This document shows positions 57,956 through 64,000 of a stretch of 64,000 nt of DNA, one piece after another. Within the stretch, counting starts at the first letter, position 1, and the number at the start of each line of letters is the position of its first letter. The notes beneath the pieces are model-generated. The model did no database searches. It was not told where the DNA came from and saw only the letters and a program-made list of their open reading frames with translations. The DNA comes from an uncultured Gammaproteobacteria bacterium (GTDB taxonomy: Bacteria; Patescibacteriota; Microgenomatia; Levybacterales; GWA1-39-11), in NCBI GenBank assembly GCA_964427615.1, contig CAYRUR010000003.1, forward strand, positions 44,062 to 108,061, read 5' to 3'. Both the position numbers and the translations under genes were made by a program.

Positions 57956-59389
57956 ATGCAAGATGTAGATTTCAAAATTGAGTTAGATCAATTCAATGAG
58001 GGTCTTAGTCCCTTAGCTCATGTTGATGATAAAACATTTATAGGAAACAGGGGACAGGCAAGCGAGATGAAAGCGGATATTATCTCAAAGCCCGGATTTA
58101 TTACTCAAAGCCCTGCACTAGCAGACCTTACCAATGGCAATCAAGCAGGAGTGGTTGACCAGCTTATTAGACACATACTCGATAAACCAACAGCAGTAGA
58201 TACTACCTACGCTGTAGGCACTACAAAATTGTTTAAGCTCTCATCGACAGAGGTTATAAGCGGTGGTACTCCTTCATGGCCTCAAACAATTGCAAATATG
58301 GTAGAGGGCGAGAGTGTTATAAGACTTAAAGCTAACTTATTTACCTTCTATAACAAAGCATCAGGTGGTGATATCGCAGCAATGCCTTTATCTACAGAAG
58401 TTATTGACGCAACATGGGGGAGTGTTACGGATCAAGCACTTGAAAAAGCACCACATCCATCAGCTGCTAAAGAAGATGTTATGGTGTTTGGTAATGGAAG
58501 ATATTTAGGGGTATATGTTGAAGGATTGAATATACTTGATACCCAAAAACTAGACTTTGGTGAGGGAAGTGAGGTAGCAGACGTAGTATTCCACTCAAAT
58601 GTTTGGTGGATAGCCGTTAATTACGGAGAAGGAAAGAGAGGGCAAATATATCTTTACGATGGATCTGCAGCTTCTAACATTTTATCTGATGAAGCAGGTG
58701 TAGGGGACCAGAGAATAGGCTTTCTTTATGTTCTGAATGGTGTAATTTTTGTCTCTTACGAATCTAAAAGCTCTGATGGGTATAGTATAGGCTATCTATC
58801 AGGGAAAATCATTAAACCTCTAAGGTATTTTACTGGCAGTTTACCAGACCATAGGCAAAAGGCTTTATATAAAAATACAATAATCTCTGTATCCGGCCAA
58901 GATATCTACTCGTGTGGTGCTTCTGTCGGACAACTACCTATCCAAATATCAAGATTAGCAGACGGAGGACACGCAAATATAGGAGGTATTGCTGCTCCTT
59001 TTGGTACTCCACTTATTGCCTCAAGCGATGGCGACACCAATCATAGACTTGCTAAGTTTGACGGTTTTTCAACTGACTCTAACTGGAAGAGTATCTTTTT
59101 AGATACTGCTCGTGGCGTAGATTTAGGGAAGATTGTCAAAGTAATCGTCCAAACAAAACCTCTTGCGCTAAATGCACGATGCGATATCACTCTAGAGGGG
59201 GATCAAGGAGCTGAAACATCAAGTGCCCTAGTAGTATCGGGAGAAGGCAAAACATGGCATGTTTTTAAGAGCATCGATCTAAAAGCAGTCCCAAACGTAA
59301 GAGTGGTAATTAATTATGCCAACGGGGACACGATAAATGATTGTCCGGTTAGGAAAATAACGTTACTTGGTAATTTTGTAGAAAGGTAA
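57956..59389 (+). CDS. virion structural protein (tail nozzle/stabilisation-like, beta-rich)
   Basis: IELDQFNEGLS start; Gly/Ser/Val-rich beta composition; position after the portal. Confidence 0.6.
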   Translation: MQDVDFKIELDQFNEGLSPLAHVDDKTFIGNRGQASEMKADIISKPGFITQSPALADLTNGNQAGVVDQLIRHILDKPTAVDTTYAVGTTKLFKLSSTEVISGGTPSWPQTIANMVEGESVIRLKANLFTFYNKASGGDIAAMPLSTEVIDATWGSVTDQALEKAPHPSAAKEDVMVFGNGRYLGVYVEGLNILDTQKLDFGEGSEVADVVFHSNVWWIAVNYGEGKRGQIYLYDGSAASNILSDEAGVGDQRIGFLYVLNGVIFVSYESKSSDGYSIGYLSGKIIKPLRYFTGSLPDHRQKALYKNTIISVSGQDIYSCGASVGQLPIQISRLADGGHANIGGIAAPFGTPLIASSDGDTNHRLAKFDGFSTDSNWKSIFLDTARGVDLGKIVKVIVQTKPLALNARCDITLEGDQGAETSSALVVSGEGKTWHVFKSIDLKAVPNVRVVINYANGDTINDCPVRKITLLGNFVER

Positions 59390-59393
59390 AAAT

Positions 59394-59753
59394 ATGAAAA
59401 AAAGCATCGTCATACCAATTCTTAACAATGAGTACAAAGCTGTCGTGTGTTGGGGTGATCTTAAATACCTTAGAAAGTTAATGAGAGATTGGGGGTATGA
59501 GGAGCCAGCAGAGCAAAATGACTTGGATGAGAGAAGAGGGGTCTGTTTTTCTCACAAAGATTGTGCTCCGATTATTGCTTTACCAAGATATCCCAAAACA
59601 GCAGAGGAGATAGGAACACTGGCACATGAGGCTTTCCATGCCGTAGACCATATCTTTGACAAAATACGAGCATATAAAAGTGATGAAGTATTTGCTCACT
59701 CTGTAGGAGCTATTGTAAGGCAAGTATTAGAGCTTAAAGAAAGGAAGAAATAG
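59394..59753 (+). CDS. small HExxH zinc-metallopeptidase-like protein
   Basis: GTLAHEAFHAV...DEVFAH. Confidence 0.65.
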   Translation: MKKSIVIPILNNEYKAVVCWGDLKYLRKLMRDWGYEEPAEQNDLDERRGVCFSHKDCAPIIALPRYPKTAEEIGTLAHEAFHAVDHIFDKIRAYKSDEVFAHSVGAIVRQVLELKERKK

Positions 59754-59754
59754 T

Positions 59755-59949
59755 ATGAAAAGAATCAGTATTAATTTTAATGAGTATGGCAGGTTTTTTA
59801 AACTGGTTATCAACCACTGTGGGATAAGGTTTTTGATAGGTATCGCAGTTCCTTATCCTTGGTATGGGAAATATGTAACCCCGTGTAGGTTTGAAGAGCC
59901 TAAAACGAAATTTCACATCAGATATAAAGTTTTACTTTTTAATTTTTAA
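59755..59949 (+). CDS. phage hypothetical protein
   Basis: 64-aa ORF in the same-strand run. Confidence 0.4.
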   Translation: MKRISINFNEYGRFFKLVINHCGIRFLIGIAVPYPWYGKYVTPCRFEEPKTKFHIRYKVLLFNF

Positions 59950-60071
59950 CATGGCAAAAGCAATAAAAGATAGGAAAAGAAAATCTGGAGCCTGCTCAAT
60001 CTGCACTGGAGAATGTATGTTGCATATCAAATTCTGGTTTATAGATATAGTGTTTGACTAGGATAAGCAGT

Positions 60072-60410
60072 ATGGCAAAAACAAAAGATATAACACCACA
60101 ATTTAGATTAATGACAGCTGAAGAAGAACTTGCAATGCCTTTTGTGCAAGAATCAATGGGAATGTCTATGGGAGGACTGTCTATGTACTCTAACTCTTTT
60201 AAGAGGGGGTATGGAGACAATGTATTTGGATCAAATGAGCAGGGAATATGGTTAGGTGCTGCAGATTACGAAAACGCACCACTTAAGATGGGTATGGACG
60301 GAAAAATAAATATCTCCGGTAGTAATGGTGTAAACTCCTCTCTCCTTACCGAGAAAGGGTTAATTTTGTACAAAAATGATCTCCCTCAAGTTGTTATTGC
60401 AATAATTTAA
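60072..60410 (+). CDS. probable tail-associated protein
   Basis: GIWLGAADYENAPLKMGMDG. Confidence 0.55.
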   Translation: MAKTKDITPQFRLMTAEEELAMPFVQESMGMSMGGLSMYSNSFKRGYGDNVFGSNEQGIWLGAADYENAPLKMGMDGKINISGSNGVNSSLLTEKGLILYKNDLPQVVIAII

Positions 60411-60412
60411 CT

Positions 60413-61627
60413 ATGCAAAATATTACAAGAATCGCTCTTCCTGGATATAACGCCCTAACAGATACAAATAGAGATCACTATAGTGTATTTGCTGATGAGG
60501 ATAATATTCTTATTAAAGAACTGCTTTCTGATGAAAGAAGCATTGCTGAATACAATGTTCTAGCAACAATCCCTCATAATTTAGGATACATACCTCTAGC
60601 GTTTGTTTGGGGAAACTTGTACTCAAGTGAAACAACCTGGCAATTGATTACAAATCAATTTAATGCTGTTACGGTGCCTCAAGTAATTCAGGCTGTAGAT
60701 ACAAAAAATTTATACATTTACAATTTTGGCGGTAGAGGATCAGACCTACCTACGTACTCACGAATTTTCTATGATGATATGTCTGAATTAGGAAATCCCG
60801 AAATAACAGAAGATTCAAACGTAGTTAAAATTGCCAGACCCGGTAAAAGTGCAGATTCTTTAAACCCTAATGACTACATCATTCACTCTTCTTTGAATAA
60901 TTTAAAAATACTTTACCAGGGTAAAAAGACTATAAGCCTTAATCCTGACTTAAATTCATTTCCTCATGATGCTAATATCGATAGTCCATTTCAATGTTTG
61001 GTTTTTGTAAAGTTTCCCGATGGTAAGACCACACTAGCTGGATACCCCCCTACAATGTCTTATGACGAAAGTAAGGGCGTTACTGTGCGTGTAGACGGAA
61101 CAAACATATATGTTGTTTCTTCTGGAAGCTTTACAGCTGAGTTTAGTTACTTTTTCTTTGGGAAAGGAAAGGATGGGTTAATTACTCTAGGAGGACCAAC
61201 TATATCAGTAGCAAAAGACGGTATTAATGCTCTAACTAATACTAACCCAGACAACTTTAATTTTCATAGTCATTTTCCAACTCTTAAGTATTATATGTCA
61301 GACAAGTATGACATGGGTTCAGTCAGTACTACAACTGTCAAGCTCATTCCTCACGGTTTGGGGTATACTCCTTTTTTTGCTGGGTACGTGAGTGATCTTT
61401 ATCAGTTTAATGTGTTTAATAATAATAGTGAGCCAGTATATGCCTTAACCCCATACTATTTAGGAAGATCAACGTTTGGAAGTCCAAATAAAGACGTAGG
61501 TGCTTTTATTTATGCAGATAGTGATTATCTCTACCTGAAAGCGTACTTTCAACCCAATGCATTAGGCACCAATTTTCCATTTAATAAGTTTTTTTATAAG
61601 ATATTTAGAAACAACCTGAACTTATAA
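60413..61627 (+). CDS. tail-associated protein with three internal repeats
   Basis: Units begin RIALPGYNAL, KIARPGKSA, SVAKDGINAL; IPHNLGYIP and IPHGLGYTP motifs. Confidence 0.6.
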   Translation: MQNITRIALPGYNALTDTNRDHYSVFADEDNILIKELLSDERSIAEYNVLATIPHNLGYIPLAFVWGNLYSSETTWQLITNQFNAVTVPQVIQAVDTKNLYIYNFGGRGSDLPTYSRIFYDDMSELGNPEITEDSNVVKIARPGKSADSLNPNDYIIHSSLNNLKILYQGKKTISLNPDLNSFPHDANIDSPFQCLVFVKFPDGKTTLAGYPPTMSYDESKGVTVRVDGTNIYVVSSGSFTAEFSYFFFGKGKDGLITLGGPTISVAKDGINALTNTNPDNFNFHSHFPTLKYYMSDKYDMGSVSTTTVKLIPHGLGYTPFFAGYVSDLYQFNVFNNNSEPVYALTPYYLGRSTFGSPNKDVGAFIYADSDYLYLKAYFQPNALGTNFPFNKFFYKIFRNNLNL

Positions 61628-61636
61628 GTGCAAATA

Positions 61637-61696
61637 GATGATATAATAAAAACATACCAATAAAACGTTGTGGAACACATTTCATAACGTTTTATG
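61637..61696 (+). promoter_or_regulatory. extended -10 promoter plus leader hairpin covering the start codon (copy 2)
   Basis: GATGATATAATAAA then ATAAAACGTTGTGGA...TTCATAACGTTTTAT(G). Confidence 0.72.
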
Positions 61697-63088
61697 GCAT
61701 ATACCGCACAACAACTAGGATTAACAGCGCCAGCAGGAGGGTTTGAGGATGGAGGTTGGTATGGTGGACATAATTACGATGCTGCTACCCAAACCTTTGG
61801 AGAAAAAAACCAAATCTGGTCTAAATCTCTTCCTAGCTCTGGACAACAAGTATCCCAAGAAGTAAGACAGCAATCAGCAGACGCTCAAGGGGTCTCGCTA
61901 CAAGACTTTGACACCTTTCTTTTTGGGGCTAACGCTAGTAATCTGCAGGGAAACCAAAACGTTCCTTTCTCTTCAGGAGCGAATGAAGAATATCTTAAAG
62001 GGATTAGTGCTCAAATGGAGGCAGCCCGTAAAGCACTTGAGGACTCACTGAGAAAACAGAGAGAAGAAAACGATTCAAGACTTGCAGAACTAAGGAAGAA
62101 AGAGCAAGAAACACTTGGTAAAGTTGATGAACTTACTACTCCATTCCGTGAAGACCTAGAAAATACAGAGCGAGAGCGCTTACACATAAATAAGAATTTT
62201 GAAGAAAATCAAAAATTGGTTGATGAGTTAGATAAACTCTTGACCGAAGGAAATGAATATATCCGCCAACAAAAAGAAGTTACCGGACTTGCTGCAATAC
62301 GCAATCCAAGAGTACAAAAAGCAATGGAAGACGTAATAGCCCGTGTGGGTGTTATCGAAGCTGTAATTAATGCCCGAAACGGCCAAATAGCTCAGGCTGA
62401 AAATATGATTGACCGTACTGTTAATGCTATAACGCAAGACAGGATGGATAGAATCTCTTACTACGAAACTGTCTTAAACCTCAACAATCGTGATATCGTA
62501 TCGCTTGATGCAGATAATAAGAGAATTGCTGAAGAACAACTAAATATTCTCAAAGTAGATCTCTCACGTGCACAGGCAACAGTTGATTTCATAAAAGAAA
62601 AGATGGTTGACCCTCAATTTGCTTCACTAATGGGAGAAGCTGGTGTGTCCTTGAATATGAGTGTGGGTGAAATAAACTCCAGACTAACGCAAGCTCAAAT
62701 AAATCGTGAGATTAGAGAGCAGGCAAACAAAATAGCTTTGCAAGGTGGAGTTGCTGTAGCAGATCCTTCTTTGGTACCAGAAGATCAATTGGTAAGCTTC
62801 ACTGACTCACGTGGACAGGTTCACTACTATAAATTACCAGCAAGCAGTGGTGGAAGCGGTAAGGTTAGCGAGACTGACTATGTTGAAGCCTTAAAGCAAG
62901 ATGCAAGAAGTGGACTAACACTAAGTCAAATATTTGCAATTTACTCAGGGTATCTTGATCCCGACCAAATTTATCAACTATACAATGCAAGCAGTATATA
63001 TGGACCAGATAAAGGAAACGTTTCAAACCTTGCAAAGTTTGGTGTTACCCAACCTAAGTCAAGTGATTCGGACGAGGATCTTTTCTAA
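61694..63088 (+). CDS. coiled-coil internal virion / DNA-ejection-like protein
   Basis: Gly/Gln-rich N-terminus and long helical E/K/Q region; position after tail genes. Confidence 0.55.
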   Translation: MAYTAQQLGLTAPAGGFEDGGWYGGHNYDAATQTFGEKNQIWSKSLPSSGQQVSQEVRQQSADAQGVSLQDFDTFLFGANASNLQGNQNVPFSSGANEEYLKGISAQMEAARKALEDSLRKQREENDSRLAELRKKEQETLGKVDELTTPFREDLENTERERLHINKNFEENQKLVDELDKLLTEGNEYIRQQKEVTGLAAIRNPRVQKAMEDVIARVGVIEAVINARNGQIAQAENMIDRTVNAITQDRMDRISYYETVLNLNNRDIVSLDADNKRIAEEQLNILKVDLSRAQATVDFIKEKMVDPQFASLMGEAGVSLNMSVGEINSRLTQAQINREIREQANKIALQGGVAVADPSLVPEDQLVSFTDSRGQVHYYKLPASSGGSGKVSETDYVEALKQDARSGLTLSQIFAIYSGYLDPDQIYQLYNASSIYGPDKGNVSNLAKFGVTQPKSSDSDEDLF

Positions 63089-63090
63089 AT

Positions 63091-64000
63091 ATGACAGTAA
63101 GTTCAGGTTTTTTAAAACATAGAGCTAGAGTGTTAGGGCTCAACGACGAAGAAAAGGAAGAAAAAATAAAACAAGAGTTTTCAAGGCTTGGAAAGGGTTT
63201 CTTGGAAAATAGACAGCAAGTTCTCAGCACAGCAACAAGGAAATCCCCACCTAAAAAACAGGTTATACAGGACGAGAAGCCAATAGTTAAGGAGGAAGAT
63301 GAACCAGGGGGGATTATTCAGGGAATTACGGATATAGTTAGAACAGTAACTCAGGAGGTTGTAAAACATTTCGAAGAGAAAGCACCAATCACAGCTTTAC
63401 TTCAAGGGAAACCACAGGAAGCTCTGTCAAGGCTAGATAGAACCGTAAGAGAATCTAATCTTGCAAGACTCACGCCAGAAATTGACTCTCAGACTGGAAA
63501 AATTAAAAGAGAGTCTGTTGAAGGTGCTATTGAAGGCGTAATGGATTTTGCAACTCTTGGAGTAGGGACAATCACAAAAAAGAGTTTTGAGGCTATTGCT
63601 AAAGCAACTGATCCAAAAACGATTAAAACAATTCTAAACACTGAAATATTCAAAAACGCTCCTGATGACTTAGTTAACGAGATTGCAAAACGATTCTCAA
63701 AAATCAATGATCCAAAAGTAATACAAAATGAATTAGATGAATTTAAGAAAATCAGCGATCAAAAGATTCCTTTGGAGAAGCAGGTTGACGTTCTGGATGA
63801 GGGGTCTTTGATTCACGACCAGCGTACACTCCTAGAAAAAGCACCAAAAGCAAAAACCCCAGAAACAGAAGTCCCCGCAGGTTTAGATCTTTCCGGTCAA
63901 CCTCTCCAATCATCATCCCAAAAAAGAGGACTGCCCCAATCCCAAGAAGGGTTAGAATTACAATCTCAAACATCCAATAGATTATACAACGAAGATCCAA
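63091..64000 (+). CDS. large phage protein, probably internal virion/ejection (3' end outside window)
   Basis: ATG at 63091 (MTVSSGFLKHRARVLG); manual translation stays open to the window end; missing from the ORF track because it has no stop. Confidence 0.75.
   Translation, partial: MTVSSGFLKHRARVLGLNDEEKEEKIKQEFSRLGKGFLENRQQVLSTATRKSPPKKQVIQDEKPIVKEEDEPGGIIQGITDIVRTVTQEVVKHFEEKAPITALLQGKPQEALSRLDRTVRESNLARLTPEIDSQTGKIKRESVEGAIEGVMDFATLGVGTITKKSFEAIAKATDPKTIKTILNTEIFKNAPDDLVNEIAKRFSKINDPKVIQNELDEFKKISDQKIPLEKQVDVLDEGSLIHDQRTLLEKAPKAKTPETEVPAGLDLSGQPLQSSSQKRGLPQSQEGLELQSQTSNRLYNEDP

Larger units (their letters stand above)
43215..64000 (+). mobile_element. prophage / phage-derived region (continues beyond window)
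   Basis: About 21 kb of densely packed same-strand ORFs including YopX, RecT, initiator with iterons, VRR-NUC, adaptor, portal and tail-like genes. Confidence 0.88.

Noticed and set aside
63752-64000. Minus-strand 82-aa hydrophobic ORF from the track
   Set aside because: Shadow of the long open plus-strand ORF starting at 63091.
43215-64000. Stop-codon reassignment in the phage
   Set aside because: Long genes (RecT, portal, tail) are intact in code 11, and TAA, TAG and TGA all end ORFs at coupled junctions.

Overview
AT-rich bacterial window in the standard genetic code. Gene content and intergenic style suggest a Patescibacteria/CPR (Microgenomates-like) host, which is an inference. 1-43.2 kb is host chromosome: dedA; a DNA-repair cluster (lexA, uvrB, uvrA-transglutaminase-uvrC, dinB, a DnaQ/GIY-YIG Cho-like nuclease); secG; an ABC substrate-binding protein; glycosylation genes; four tRNAs (Arg-TCG, Lys-CTT, His-GTG, Arg-TCT); a small island after tRNA-Lys with a DUF5677-like/Nudix fusion; and a copper-resistance cluster bracketed by two near-identical DUF218 genes next to a Schlafen/AlbA_2 gene. 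From about 43.2 kb to the window end is a single-strand phage-like region with YopX, RecT, an exonuclease, an initiator with internal iterons, VRR-NUC, a DEDDh exonuclease, then adaptor, portal, tail and ejection-type genes. No integrase, terminase or capsid gene is visible. The most striking unexplained signals are: (1) a phage non-coding block at 53.5-54.0 kb with a 255-nt tRNA-Leu-like scaffold carrying long insertions in the D, anticodon and T loops, followed by a second structured RNA closed by the same flanking stem; (2) twin promoter-plus-hairpin leaders that bury the start codons of two phage late genes; (3) GAA-N8 arrays with an 11-bp period upstream of lexA, uvrA and dinB, a candidate LexA operator. 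Product calls come from motif recognition by eye, not from database searches.
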